Source: Candidatus Poribacteria bacterium (GTDB taxonomy: Bacteria > Poribacteria > WGA-4E > PCPOR2b). Taken from it: a stretch of 64,000 nucleotides of DNA. Below the pieces are notes generated by a model that saw only the letters and a list, made by a program, of their open reading frames with translations, had not been told where the DNA came from and did no database searches. Positions 1 to 10,183 of this stretch are shown piece by piece (positions within the stretch are counted from its first letter, which is position 1; every line of letters begins with the position of its first letter). The stretch is from the NCBI GenBank assembly GCA_965116925.1, contig OZ220744.1, positions 6,240,001 to 6,304,000 on the forward strand. Reading direction: 5' to 3'. Both the position numbers and the translations under genes were made by a program.

Positions 1-1797
1 TACACCCATCCTGATGGAAGCCTGATCTGGGAAGGAAATATCGGCGGCAGCGAAGACGATTTCTACGAAAGCTTTTATAATTGGCCCCTGCTTTATCTTT
101 TGGGCGGTGGGGATCATCTTTTGGAGTTGGGGGTGCGGCAGTGGAACGCTGTCACCCGCCAGTTGACCCAAGCGGGACAGGTTCACAAGGAATACGCTCG
201 ACGGGATGATCAATTCCATCAAGCCGAGAGCGACATCTATTTCTATCTGCTCTGTACCGCTGATCCAAATCGCCCGGAACACCTTGAACGGGCACGACGG
301 TTTGCCGGGCTATACATGAACGAGGATCCTGAAGCCCTCAACTACGATCCTGTGCATAAAATCATCCGCTCCCCTTACAACGGCAGCGACGGTCCGGATA
401 TGTCGATGGCTGAAGGACGTTCCTATAACTATTCCCCCGGAATGGCGCGATACGGCTTACCCCACTACGACATTCCCGGCATTACCCAAATTGAAGACCT
501 GAAAGATCCAACCCTTGCACGGCGCATGGGCGAAGCGATGAATCAACGCATGAGTCGCGGGGATGTGGTCGCTAACCTCGCAGTCACTAGTTTGGTGACC
601 AATGCTTATCTCATGACCGGCGAAGAAAAATATCGCGCTTGGGTGCTAGAGTACACGGACGCTTGGATAGAACGCGCCCAACAGAACGATGGACTGCTTC
701 CAGACAATGTTGGGTTGTCTGGTCAGGTCGGTGAATATATTGAGGGAAATTGGTATGGTGGGCTTTACGGCTGGACCTGGCCCCACGGATTTTACAATGT
801 CCAGATGGCAGCGTTGGTTGCGGCATCTAACGCCTACCTCCTAACCCAAGACGCTAGCTACTTGGATCTGCCGCGTATTCAGATGGATCGTATTGTGGAG
901 CGCGGCGAAATTCGTGATGTTCGTGAAGAGTACATGAGCCTCGGTGAACACTGGATTGGTCAATTTTCAGCGTTGGGGGAACAGCACGAGACCTGCCTCG
1001 TTCCGTACCGCTACGGGGATGCAGGTTGGTTCGACTATCAGCCGATGTCGCCAATCTACCCGGTGTCGCTCTGGAATCTTTCTATGGAATCAGAAGATTG
1101 GGAACGGATTGAGGCAATCCGCCAAGCCAGTGGATACGACTGGAATAAAGTGTTTTCCTTCCACACCAAAGAAGATGCGGGACATGAACAACCTTGGATC
1201 CGCTTTCTAGCGGGTGATAACCCGACCTATCCCGAAGAAATTTTACGCGCCAGTTACCGTCAGGTCTGCCGCCGATTGGATCTTGTTCGCGGAGATGAAG
1301 AGGCGACCACCCATCAAGACCCTCACCGCTGGCAGCAGACCAACCCGGTGACAACCGAGGCGTTGATTCAACTGACGTTGGGTGCACCACAGCTGATTTA
1401 CAACGGAGGTCTCCTGATGTCTCGCCTCCGTTACTTTGACTTCAACCGGAAACGCCCCGGTCTGCCCGAAGATACCGCCGCCCTCGTCGAAACGCTTGAA
1501 GCGAATCGGACGGTGGTGCGGTTGGTCAACCTCAGTCCCTTTGAGACAAGAGATATGGTAGTCCAAGGAGGGGCATTTGGCGAACACCAATTTACGGAGG
1601 TTCGGTATACCCATCGCACAAGTGAATATCCGGGAGCAACTGTAGACTATGCTGCACCGCCTGTAACCGAAAACACCCGGACCGCGTCCATAGGGGCGAG
1701 TCGCTTCCGGGTTGTTCTGCCCCCTGCGACCGAAATCAGGCTTGACTTGGGAACCGCGTGTTTCGTTAATCAACCCTCCGCTGCCCTTCCTTGGTAG
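1..1797 (+). CDS. Conserved hypothetical protein, 5'-truncated by the window edge; possibly a glycoside hydrolase-like helical barrel
   Basis: Frame is open from base 1 (YTHPDGSLIWEG...DDFYESFYNWPLLYLLGG) to TAG at 1797. The protein is rich in Trp, Tyr and Asp. The fold is a guess. Confidence 0.7.
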   Translation, partial: YTHPDGSLIWEGNIGGSEDDFYESFYNWPLLYLLGGGDHLLELGVRQWNAVTRQLTQAGQVHKEYARRDDQFHQAESDIYFYLLCTADPNRPEHLERARRFAGLYMNEDPEALNYDPVHKIIRSPYNGSDGPDMSMAEGRSYNYSPGMARYGLPHYDIPGITQIEDLKDPTLARRMGEAMNQRMSRGDVVANLAVTSLVTNAYLMTGEEKYRAWVLEYTDAWIERAQQNDGLLPDNVGLSGQVGEYIEGNWYGGLYGWTWPHGFYNVQMAALVAASNAYLLTQDASYLDLPRIQMDRIVERGEIRDVREEYMSLGEHWIGQFSALGEQHETCLVPYRYGDAGWFDYQPMSPIYPVSLWNLSMESEDWERIEAIRQASGYDWNKVFSFHTKEDAGHEQPWIRFLAGDNPTYPEEILRASYRQVCRRLDLVRGDEEATTHQDPHRWQQTNPVTTEALIQLTLGAPQLIYNGGLLMSRLRYFDFNRKRPGLPEDTAALVETLEANRTVVRLVNLSPFETRDMVVQGGAFGEHQFTEVRYTHRTSEYPGATVDYAAPPVTENTRTASIGASRFRVVLPPATEIRLDLGTACFVNQPSAALPW

Positions 1798-1883
1798 GCT
1801 AGGAAATACCGCATAGGCGGAAGTTTTGTAGATACGACTATCACGCTGTCCAGTATAAACTATAAATATGGAGATGTATCGCT

Positions 1884-2753
1884 ATGCTAACACCATCGCA
1901 AATCGACGAGTTTCATCGCGACGGCTTCCTCAACGGTGGTCGCATTCTCACCGATGAAGAGTTGGAGGCACTGAGGACGGATTTAGACGGTATCTTAGAA
2001 AGAGGCCCCGACAGCTTTTCCAGTGAAGAACCGCAACCGGTGTCGTTCCGCAACATGTCTCGGCGAGGAGATGAATCCACCGAACTCGCTGTTTGGCAGA
2101 TTGTCAATATCTGGGAGGCGTCCTCAGCCTTTGAGAAGCTAATCTACCACCCCTCCATCGTTAAGGGGATAAGTCAGTTGACGGATGCCCCCAATCTGAT
2201 GGTCTGGCACGACCAGATTCAGTACAAGCCACCCAACTACGGTGGAGCAACCCGATGGCACCAAGATGCTCCGCTATGGCCCATCATCCTTCCGATGACC
2301 CCTGTATCGGCGTGGATCGCTTTGGACGATGCCGATGAGGAGAATGGCTGTATGTGGATGGTGCCCGGAAGCTACAAATGGGGCGATCAGATGGAGTTCC
2401 TTCGCACCCAACATCACCTTGAACAACGCGAAGAATTTATGAACATTGAAGGGTTTTCTCCACCCGCTGATTCGGAAGTCAAAGCTGTAGCACCGCAGCC
2501 CCGACCAGTCAAAAGTGGTGAGGTGTCATTCCATCATTCGCTGACGTGGCACGGCTCACCTTTCAACCGGTCTGACCGACCACGGCGAGCTATCGCCATT
2601 CACTACATGACCGGGGAATCACGTTTTGTGGCAAACGGTCAACATTTAATGAAGCAGTTTGTAACGTTGGAAGATGGTGAACCGATGGCTGAAGCCGGCG
2701 AACATTTCCCTGCTGTCTGCCGAGATGGTGAACCCCTTGGTGCCCCCGCATAG
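1884..2753 (+). CDS. Phytanoyl-CoA dioxygenase (PhyH) family Fe(II)/2-oxoglutarate dioxygenase
   Basis: WHQD (HxD), distal HGS, RRAIAIHY and DDADEENGCMWMVPGS motifs; GGAG RBS. Confidence 0.9.
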   Translation: MLTPSQIDEFHRDGFLNGGRILTDEELEALRTDLDGILERGPDSFSSEEPQPVSFRNMSRRGDESTELAVWQIVNIWEASSAFEKLIYHPSIVKGISQLTDAPNLMVWHDQIQYKPPNYGGATRWHQDAPLWPIILPMTPVSAWIALDDADEENGCMWMVPGSYKWGDQMEFLRTQHHLEQREEFMNIEGFSPPADSEVKAVAPQPRPVKSGEVSFHHSLTWHGSPFNRSDRPRRAIAIHYMTGESRFVANGQHLMKQFVTLEDGEPMAEAGEHFPAVCRDGEPLGAPA

Positions 2754-2801
2754 TTGGGAGCGTTGTTGGGAACCGGTTAAAGATATAACGGAAAAACAGC
2801 T

Positions 2802-4304
2802 ATGAAAAGTAGGTCGCGTATTGCACTCGGATCGATTCTCACCGAGTGCAACGAATTTGGCGGAGTGCCCATTGATATAGGGTGGTTTGAACGTTATGAG
2901 CTATGTCGAGATGAGGAAGTCTTGCGGGTTGACGCCGGCGTAGTAGGTGGGATGCTGCAGGTGATGCGCGAATGCGGAGCGGAGGTCGTTCCCCTGATTT
3001 ATGCGAGCACCTGCCCCGGAGGTCCCCTGACCGCCGAGTGTTATAATCAACTCAAGACAGAACTCCTAGATCGCTTACGCGCTGCCACTCCTGTTGATGG
3101 GGTGCTGTTGCCGCTACACGGTGCTGCGACGGTCGAAAACATCGGTGATCCAGAGGGCGATCTCATCAAAGCGGCACGTGCAATCGTCGGGGAGGCGATA
3201 CCGATTGTCGTCACGCTCGACCTACACGCGCATGTCACAGCCGACATGGTTCGTTTCGCCGATGGGCTAATTGCGTGGGAGACCTATCCTCACCGCGATG
3301 CCTTTACCACCGGTGAGCGTGGTGCTCGGCTGCTCTGGAATATGCTACAGGGACGCTGCCGTCCAACTATGGCGATGGCAAAAGTGCCGGTGATTACTAG
3401 CGCGATTCATGGTTCAACCGAAGACAACGATCCTTTTGCCAAAATTATGCGCGCTGCTAAGGCACTTGAAGGGCGTGATGATGTCCTATCCACTAGTGTT
3501 TTCTTGGTTCATCCCTACTTGGATCAGCCGGACATGGGCAGCGGTGCATTGGTAATCACAGATAACGATATGGAGATGGCAGTATCGCTTGCAAATCAGC
3601 TTGCGGAACAGTATTGGACGCGACGGTTTGACCTTGAACCCAACATCCACACTCCAAGCGAAGCCATTGCCAAGGGATTAGAGGTAGAGGGCGGTCCGGT
3701 GCTCTTGATTGAAGCAGCGGATTGTTGTGGTGGCGGTGCAGCGGGCGATAGTGTTGCCACATTAACGGCACTACTTGATGCAAAGGTAACTGTACCTTCA
3801 CTCGTGCCTGTAGCGGATCCAGAAGCTGCGGCTGCCTGCCATCGTGCCGGTCTCGGTCAGGAGGTCACCGTTGCCTTGGGACATAGACTCGATCCACGCT
3901 GGGGGAAACCGTTGACTGTGACGGGCACAGTTAACCGTCTGAGTGATGGTCGTTTCCGCTATATCGGTGGGATTTGGGACGATGTTGAGGGTAACATGGG
4001 TCCATCGGCGGTGTTGACCATCGGTGCAATTCAGGTGCTCATTGCTACACACGGGACCTATGACTGGGCGGATGAGCAGTTTCGTTCTATGGGGATGCAG
4101 CCACCCGATACCAAGTTCATTGTTGTCAAAAACCCGATGAACTACCGCCTTGCTTACGGTGAAATTGCCAAGGCAGCTTTTATCCTTGACACACCCGGGG
4201 CAACACCGGCGACATGCCGACATCTTCCCTACAGACATCTCAAGCGACCCTATTTTCCGCTCGACACGGAGATCCCTAGACTTACACCAACCATCCTTCA
4301 ATAG
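2802..4304 (+). CDS. M81 family metallopeptidase (MlrC-like)
   Basis: LHGA, DPEGDL, TLDLHAHVT and TYPHRD motifs, plus C-terminal FIVVK...DTPG. Confidence 0.88.
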   Translation: MKSRSRIALGSILTECNEFGGVPIDIGWFERYELCRDEEVLRVDAGVVGGMLQVMRECGAEVVPLIYASTCPGGPLTAECYNQLKTELLDRLRAATPVDGVLLPLHGAATVENIGDPEGDLIKAARAIVGEAIPIVVTLDLHAHVTADMVRFADGLIAWETYPHRDAFTTGERGARLLWNMLQGRCRPTMAMAKVPVITSAIHGSTEDNDPFAKIMRAAKALEGRDDVLSTSVFLVHPYLDQPDMGSGALVITDNDMEMAVSLANQLAEQYWTRRFDLEPNIHTPSEAIAKGLEVEGGPVLLIEAADCCGGGAAGDSVATLTALLDAKVTVPSLVPVADPEAAAACHRAGLGQEVTVALGHRLDPRWGKPLTVTGTVNRLSDGRFRYIGGIWDDVEGNMGPSAVLTIGAIQVLIATHGTYDWADEQFRSMGMQPPDTKFIVVKNPMNYRLAYGEIAKAAFILDTPGATPATCRHLPYRHLKRPYFPLDTEIPRLTPTILQ

Positions 4305-4329
4305 ACAACACACCACACAGGAGAACGAT

Positions 4330-5532
4330 ATGAATGACAGACGTTATCGAGCAGCTCTCATCGGTTTAGGGCGTATTGCCGATACTATTGACGATGAAGT
4401 GATAGGCGATGGCTGGCTCGTGCCATTCAGCCACATGGGCAGCTATATGGACGTGCCAGAGGTGCAGGTGGTCGGTGCCGCCGATCTATACGCCGAACAG
4501 CGAGAGGCATTTGGTGAACGGTGGACCATTCCAGACGCGCATCTTTATGAGAACTACGAGGAGATGCTTGAGCGCGAGAAGCCCGACATCGTGAGCATTT
4601 GCACGTCCGCCGCGCCACGCGCAAAAATTACGATGGACATCGTGCGTCTAGTACGTGAAGGGCGGACGGGTGTGAAGTGCATTTGGGTGGAAAAGCCGAT
4701 GGCGACTTCTCTGGAGGAAGCCGATGCGATGGTCGAGGGCTGCCGCGAGGCGGGTATCATCCTCATGATGAACGCGATGCGCGCCTCCGATGTATACTAC
4801 CGCAGGGCACGGGCACTCATCGACGAAGGTGTGCTGGGCAAGATGCTGCAAATAACAGCGCACGGTTCAGGCAATCTGTCGCACATGGGTGTCCACTGGC
4901 TGGGGGCGATGTGCGTTCTGGCAGGCGAGAATGAACGTGTCTCTTGGGTTGTAGGAGAGGTGGAGAGCGACGAAAAAGCCGCAGCCGATGCAGACCTTGC
5001 CGGTAACGCCTATATGGCATTTGAAAACGGTGCCCGCGGATTCTGCCGTATGCTGCCGAGTGCCGCATCAACATGGACGCTCGACGCAATCGGTGAGCAC
5101 GGCACGATTCATCTCCGCAACGCCAACGATGGCTATGAGTTCGAGTTGTGGAAAATGGGAAAGGTCACTGACGACGCGCCAGCCACGCCGGTGCGGCATA
5201 TCTTCCCGCGTCCCCAACGGATCTGGAGCGCGGGTGTGGGACAGGTCAAGGATGCCATCAACTGTATTGAAACGGGCAAAACACCCAACTGTTCTGGCGA
5301 TATGGGACGGCATCTGTTGGAACTTGCCATCGCCATCCGTGAATCGCACCGCCGGGGCAATGTGCGTGTAGACCTTCCGCTCCCCGATCGTAGTCTATAT
5401 ATCCGTTCAGCAGAAACGCTGCGCGGGGAGATGCCGCGAGCACTCGTCAATCCCATGCGTCGTCGACCAGCGCATCTCATTTCTGATATAGCGAGGCGTG
5501 AAGGTATAGGGAAGCGTCGACCTGTTTCGTAG
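4330..5532 (+). CDS. Gfo/Idh/MocA family oxidoreductase
   Basis: IGLGRI Rossmann motif and VEKPMA; ATG at 4330 follows AGGAG. Confidence 0.88.
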   Translation: MNDRRYRAALIGLGRIADTIDDEVIGDGWLVPFSHMGSYMDVPEVQVVGAADLYAEQREAFGERWTIPDAHLYENYEEMLEREKPDIVSICTSAAPRAKITMDIVRLVREGRTGVKCIWVEKPMATSLEEADAMVEGCREAGIILMMNAMRASDVYYRRARALIDEGVLGKMLQITAHGSGNLSHMGVHWLGAMCVLAGENERVSWVVGEVESDEKAAADADLAGNAYMAFENGARGFCRMLPSAASTWTLDAIGEHGTIHLRNANDGYEFELWKMGKVTDDAPATPVRHIFPRPQRIWSAGVGQVKDAINCIETGKTPNCSGDMGRHLLELAIAIRESHRRGNVRVDLPLPDRSLYIRSAETLRGEMPRALVNPMRRRPAHLISDIARREGIGKRRPVS

Positions 5533-5587
5533 TATTGGCAGATCCCCGATAGAATCGGGTTCAAAGCAACTTGTGCCTACCCAAAGT

Positions 5588-5612
5588 GGGCAACCACAAG
5601 GGTTGCCCCTAC
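5588..5612 (-). repeat. GTAG-type REP palindrome
   Basis: GGGCAACC-acaag-GGTTGCCC followed by CTAC; intergenic. Confidence 0.7.
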
Positions 5613-5624
5613 AGGAGAAATTAA

Positions 5625-7100
5625 ATGTCCGAACCCCAAACGGCGAAGCAGCCGAATCTTTTATTTATCATGCCCGATCAGCTGCGGGCGGATTTCCTGA
5701 GCTGCTACGGTGCCACTTTCATTGATACGCCGCATATTGACAGCATTGCAGAGGAGGGTGTGCGTTATGAGCGTGCCTATTCTGCCTCGCCGATATGTGT
5801 GCCGGCTAGAGCGTCGCTCCTAACAGGGCTCAACGCAATCAAAAACGGTGTGACCGATAACGGTCAATGGTTAAACCCTGATCTCGCTGCGTCCGGCATA
5901 GAAACCTGGCCCCAAACCCTTTCCAAGCAGGGTTATTATACCGCTGCTATCGGCAAGATGCACTTCTATCCGTGGGACATCAATCTGGGATTTCAGTACC
6001 GAGTCGCCGCCGAAGACAAACGGTGGTTAGAGATCCGCGATGACTACTATCACTTCTTGAAGGAAGGTGGCTACCGAAAGCTCCACGGAAACGAGCACCC
6101 CGGCTATCACGAAAACAAGGGCGCGATCATCAACAAAATTCCTTGGGGCTATTCGGTCGATCGCTTCGTGGGACAGGAGGCGTGTCGTTTTATCCGCAAC
6201 TACGGTGATGAGAGCCCCTTTGCGATGATGGTCGGTTTTCCGGGACCTCACTGCCCTTACGACCCCAATGCTGAATTTTTAGAGGGCTTCGATCCAGCCG
6301 ACATGCCCGATTCCATTCCGGCGGTAGAGGGGGATACCCCAAGACTTCGTCGGCAAAATATCGAGGGCAACCGTGGACCATGGAACGGTGTTGATTACAC
6401 CGAATTTACGGAGGTGCACAAGAAGAAGATTCGAGCACACTATGCGGGGTTGGTCAAACAGATCGACTACGAGATAGGACAGATCCTTGATTCTCTGCGC
6501 GAAAAAGAGCTGTTGGACAACACGATTATCATTTTCTCCAGCGATCACGGCGATTATCTCGGCGACCACGATTTCATCGGCAAGGGCACGTTCTTTGAAT
6601 CCAGCATCCATGTGCCGCTGATGGTTCGCCTGCCGTGGGCCAGCGAATCGAAGACGTGCACAGATATAGTCGAATTGGGCGATGTGACCGCAACGATGCT
6701 ACATTTCGGTGGGTGCGAAATCCCTGACTACATGGACTCTATACCGTTGCCCGAACTCGACATCCCACGCAAAAACCGGAGGGAGCGCGTCGTCGGGATG
6801 GTCAGGGGTGGCTGGATGATTTATGATGGTCAGTGGAAGCTATGTAAATACGGGAGTGGTGAGGTGTTGCTGTTTAATCTGTCGGAAGATCCGAATGAAC
6901 AACATAACCTGATGAAAGACAACCGTTATCAGGAAGAGTATACCAGATTGGATGCCGAACTGACGCGAGAGATTATGAATTCAATGGCTCTTTCTCATGA
7001 GAGTAAACGGGTATATTCTAAGGATCTTGCCGGTAATCCAGTGTTCGGTAAGGAAGATTGGCAGCGCCCCTATCCGAGAAATATCAACGATGTTGACTAA
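5625..7100 (+). CDS. Cys-type sulfatase
   Basis: PNLLFIMPDQLR, CVPARASLLTG (CxPxR), GKMH and SSDHG motifs. Confidence 0.92.
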   Translation: MSEPQTAKQPNLLFIMPDQLRADFLSCYGATFIDTPHIDSIAEEGVRYERAYSASPICVPARASLLTGLNAIKNGVTDNGQWLNPDLAASGIETWPQTLSKQGYYTAAIGKMHFYPWDINLGFQYRVAAEDKRWLEIRDDYYHFLKEGGYRKLHGNEHPGYHENKGAIINKIPWGYSVDRFVGQEACRFIRNYGDESPFAMMVGFPGPHCPYDPNAEFLEGFDPADMPDSIPAVEGDTPRLRRQNIEGNRGPWNGVDYTEFTEVHKKKIRAHYAGLVKQIDYEIGQILDSLREKELLDNTIIIFSSDHGDYLGDHDFIGKGTFFESSIHVPLMVRLPWASESKTCTDIVELGDVTATMLHFGGCEIPDYMDSIPLPELDIPRKNRRERVVGMVRGGWMIYDGQWKLCKYGSGEVLLFNLSEDPNEQHNLMKDNRYQEEYTRLDAELTREIMNSMALSHESKRVYSKDLAGNPVFGKEDWQRPYPRNINDVD

Positions 7101-7123
7101 GCAGTTTGGCTAGGGAAGGATGG

Positions 7124-7156
7124 AGAAACCGAGTTTTTGACAAAAACTCGGTTTCT
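7124..7156. repeat. Perfect intergenic inverted repeat (terminator or palindromic repeat)
   Basis: AGAAACCGAGTTTTTG-a-CAAAAACTCGGTTTCT immediately after the sulfatase stop. Confidence 0.65.
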
Positions 7157-7209
7157 GGTGCCTTATCAATTTTGAAAATTTAATCTACGCATACATAAGG
7201 AGATTTTCT

Positions 7210-7650
7210 ATGAAACAGAATGTTTTGTTTTATGCACTCACTTTGATGGTCGGGACGATGTTCTGGCTAGGTTGCGGTGGTAAGACAGCTACCGACGAGG
7301 GTATGGCAAAAGCCGAAAAGGTAGCCCACCAAGAAATTATGGGACAAATCACGGCGATTGATAACCATGCCAACGTCGTGACTGATATTAAACCCGCTGC
7401 ATTCACTGCGCTCGGTTGGAAGCTGAAAGACACTATCACAGTCGAATTTGAGGATGGGCGGGAGATCACCTGTCGCTACGTTGAAAACTATGGCGATGTG
7501 CCGGTCGGAGATTATTTGGTACGTTTCAGCGTAGAGCAGAGTGTGCTTAAGATTGCCATTAACGAAGGCTATCTGGCAGAGACATTGAAGATTAAAAGCT
7601 CCGGCAAAGTCGTTCTCCGCAAAATGCAAACTCAGGGTAGTGACCAATAG
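7210..7650 (+). CDS. Predicted lipoprotein made of a stand-alone C-terminal domain of the SAM hydrolase/halogenase (DUF62) family
   Basis: Signal peptide ending WLGC. GQITAIDNHANVVTDI, YGDVPVGD and LKIAINEGYLAETL resemble DUF62 C-domain motifs. Confidence 0.65.
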   Translation: MKQNVLFYALTLMVGTMFWLGCGGKTATDEGMAKAEKVAHQEIMGQITAIDNHANVVTDIKPAAFTALGWKLKDTITVEFEDGREITCRYVENYGDVPVGDYLVRFSVEQSVLKIAINEGYLAETLKIKSSGKVVLRKMQTQGSDQ

Positions 7651-7678
7651 GCGACCAATAACTGAAGGCGACAAATTC

Positions 7679-8068
7679 ATGGATACGAATCGACCATTCG
7701 CTGCCGCGCCCGCTGCAGAGCCAGCGGGGGAATTTCGGACCCCCGAAGACATTCCTCCCGAAGGGATACGATGCATCCCGGCTAATGCCTATGAGCCAGA
7801 TCCGTGGATTGAACTGGCTTGGAATCTAAATCAGGGATGGGCATGGTTGACGCTTTACGTGACACCGGGCGATCTACCGATTCAACAGTGGCATCAAAAA
7901 TTCTCTATCCCCGATATGTCCTACGCGGGAGGCGTTTCCGTGATTCGGGGCTTAACTCATTTGGCGAATCTACTCCATTCCATGTATACTGCGAATCCTG
8001 ATACGGTTGGGTTCACCCCGCAGATAGCAGCGGCACTGGAGAATTTCCGTACCTTCCTAACTAGATGA
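7679..8068 (+). CDS. Hypothetical protein
   Basis: ORF fills the gap in a co-oriented block; alternative GTG start at 7640. Confidence 0.55.
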   Translation: MDTNRPFAAAPAAEPAGEFRTPEDIPPEGIRCIPANAYEPDPWIELAWNLNQGWAWLTLYVTPGDLPIQQWHQKFSIPDMSYAGGVSVIRGLTHLANLLHSMYTANPDTVGFTPQIAAALENFRTFLTR

Positions 8069-8107
8069 AGGCGGTTTCTGGGAAACTATTATTCACGCCC
8101 AAAGGGC

Positions 8108-9148
8108 ATGGCTGAATCAATACGAGTGCAAACAATGGAAATCAAAACACGCATACTGGGTAAAACAGGACTCAACGTCAGCGAACTTGGGCTTGGCTCT
8201 GCTTTTATGGCAGGTCAAGGGCAGGCTGGCGTAGATCGTTGCGTAGACTATGCGGTTGATCACGGCGTGAACTATTTCGATACAGCCGCGAACTACGGGG
8301 ATGGTAGGGATGAGACCATGCTAGGTGCCGCCCTAAAGGGAAAACGGGAGAAGGTTATCCTTGCTACCAAAGTGGGATTTACAAACCGTGAGCACTACCG
8401 CTTAGAAGGACATCGCAGTGCTGACCAGCTCATGGAGCAGTTCGAGAGTTCCCTCAACCGACTTCAGACCGATTACGTGGACATCATTCAGATTCACGAG
8501 GCGGATTACCTGAAGTGGTGGACTGACGATAGCTCCGATGATGAAACGTCAGCGGATTGGGGTGCACTCATTGAGGATGACATAGACTACGACTTCTCTA
8601 ATGCTCCAGCGGTCGAATTTCTCGCCAACGCAAGGCGTAGCGGCAAAGCGCGTTTTATCGGATTGACGGCGAAGAATGCCCGCCTGTTGGAGCGAATACT
8701 GAAAGTGGTTGAGGTTGATTCTGTTATGGCAGCGCATCAATTCAACCCGGTCTTTAGGAATGCTGTCGAATTCCTGTTCCCCACCGCTCAAGACTTGGGG
8801 GTGGGCGTTGTGATTGGTGCACCGCTGATGAAAGGTTGGCTCGCTGTCCCCCAAAACGCGTGGCAAGAAAACCCTCCCGGTTGGATGGACGAAACCTTCA
8901 AGGCGTCCTATTTCAGGTTCCTCGATATCCATGTGGACGCTGGGATTCCCATGGCAGAACTCTGCATCCGGTGGATGCTCTCAGAGCAAAGGCAACAGTC
9001 CATCGTCGTGGGTTTCAGTAATCTCCAGGAAGTCGAATTCAATATGTCTGCTGCGCTCCATGGAGCACTTCCAGACGACCTCAACGCTGCGATAGAGGAG
9101 ATTGGAATTGTCCATCCCCTCACCTATCAGGGGCGGACAAAGATCTGA
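8108..9148 (+). CDS. Aldo/keto reductase
   Basis: LGKTGLNVSELGLG, FDTAANYG, ATKVG and SLNRLQTDYVDIIQIH motifs; the start may be 8135. Confidence 0.9.
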   Translation: MAESIRVQTMEIKTRILGKTGLNVSELGLGSAFMAGQGQAGVDRCVDYAVDHGVNYFDTAANYGDGRDETMLGAALKGKREKVILATKVGFTNREHYRLEGHRSADQLMEQFESSLNRLQTDYVDIIQIHEADYLKWWTDDSSDDETSADWGALIEDDIDYDFSNAPAVEFLANARRSGKARFIGLTAKNARLLERILKVVEVDSVMAAHQFNPVFRNAVEFLFPTAQDLGVGVVIGAPLMKGWLAVPQNAWQENPPGWMDETFKASYFRFLDIHVDAGIPMAELCIRWMLSEQRQQSIVVGFSNLQEVEFNMSAALHGALPDDLNAAIEEIGIVHPLTYQGRTKI

Positions 9149-9178
9149 CGACCCGAAAAGAGCGAGGAGAATCATACG

Positions 9179-9922
9179 ATGTCAGTGGACATTCAGAAAA
9201 TGGCGGAACAAATTCTGGTTGAGGGTTTCTGCATTCTACGAGACCAGTTTCCTATCCCCACTATTGAGGCTTGCAACGAAGCCTTTGCACCGATCCTACG
9301 CGATTATGTCACCGAGCACGCAGAGAACCCAAACCGCGGACCATGTAGGCACTACATCACACTGCCTTTCGAGCCGCCGTTGTATAATCCCTGCTTCTTC
9401 GACGACGATGCGGTTATTGCCATTGCAAGCCAAATACTAGGGGAGGATTTCGCGATCGATCAGTACGCTAGCGACACCCCGCTCAAGGGTTCGGTGTATC
9501 AGGAAATTCACGGCGACGTCGGGCCCCTCTTCCGTGAGAACCCCGACTTCCAACATCCGCCTGCGATTCTTGCGGTGAATTTTCCTTTTATTGATGTCAC
9601 GCCGGCACACGGACCGTTTGAGGTTGCACGTGGAACGCATCTGTTGCCAAAAGCGGAGGCGTTGCGTCGGATTGAAGATGGCGAAATTCCGCTTGAACCG
9701 CTGCTGATGAATGCCGGTGATGTCCTCGTCCGAGATCCCCGTTGTCTGCACCGAGGGACGCCCAACCGTACGAACACTCCGCGTCCTGTTGCAGTATTTG
9801 CATGTCTCCGTGGCTGGATGCAGCGAGAACACCGGGAACGGAACCCAATTCCTGAATATGTCTGGACGGGGTTTTCGGAACGCGAAAAACAGTTGATGCG
9901 AAAGCTGCCAAGGACACTGTAA
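9179..9922 (+). CDS. PhyH family dioxygenase
   Basis: HGD, GPFEVARGTH and HRGTPNRTNTPR motifs. Confidence 0.88.
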   Translation: MSVDIQKMAEQILVEGFCILRDQFPIPTIEACNEAFAPILRDYVTEHAENPNRGPCRHYITLPFEPPLYNPCFFDDDAVIAIASQILGEDFAIDQYASDTPLKGSVYQEIHGDVGPLFRENPDFQHPPAILAVNFPFIDVTPAHGPFEVARGTHLLPKAEALRRIEDGEIPLEPLLMNAGDVLVRDPRCLHRGTPNRTNTPRPVAVFACLRGWMQREHRERNPIPEYVWTGFSEREKQLMRKLPRTL

Positions 9923-9935
9923 ACCTTACAATAAC

Positions 9936-10103
9936 AGGGCTTACGCAAATTTAGCATACAAGGGGTAGATTTTTGATTTTTAACCCCCTAAATCCCCCTT
10001 ATCAGGGGGACTTTGGAAACTTCGCACAGGTCGGAGTTATTGGTAAATGTCCACTTATTTTTAGAATTTACTATAATCACGTTTTACGCATCACGTTTCA
10101 CGC
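9936..10103. repeat. Composite intergenic repeat patch of MITE ends, a palindrome and heptamer repeats
   Basis: AGGGCTTACGCA resembles the end of the 61275 MITE. TCCCCCTTATCAGGGGGA is a hairpin. TTTTAGAATTTACTATA resembles the end of the 104-bp MITE. TTTCACG/CATCACG heptamers follow. Confidence 0.6.
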
Positions 10104-10183
10104 GCTTAACGTATTGCATTTTCTTTTTCCATGAGCCAATAAGGATTCATATATACCTATCCCAAACGGAAAGGGAACACTAT

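Noticed and set aside
10013..10183. Long N-terminal extensions in the ORF track (also at 4150, 12895, 17942, 20013, 23360, 50325 and 58845)
   Set aside because: They run through repeats, terminators or upstream genes. Downstream starts with an RBS match the family N-termini.
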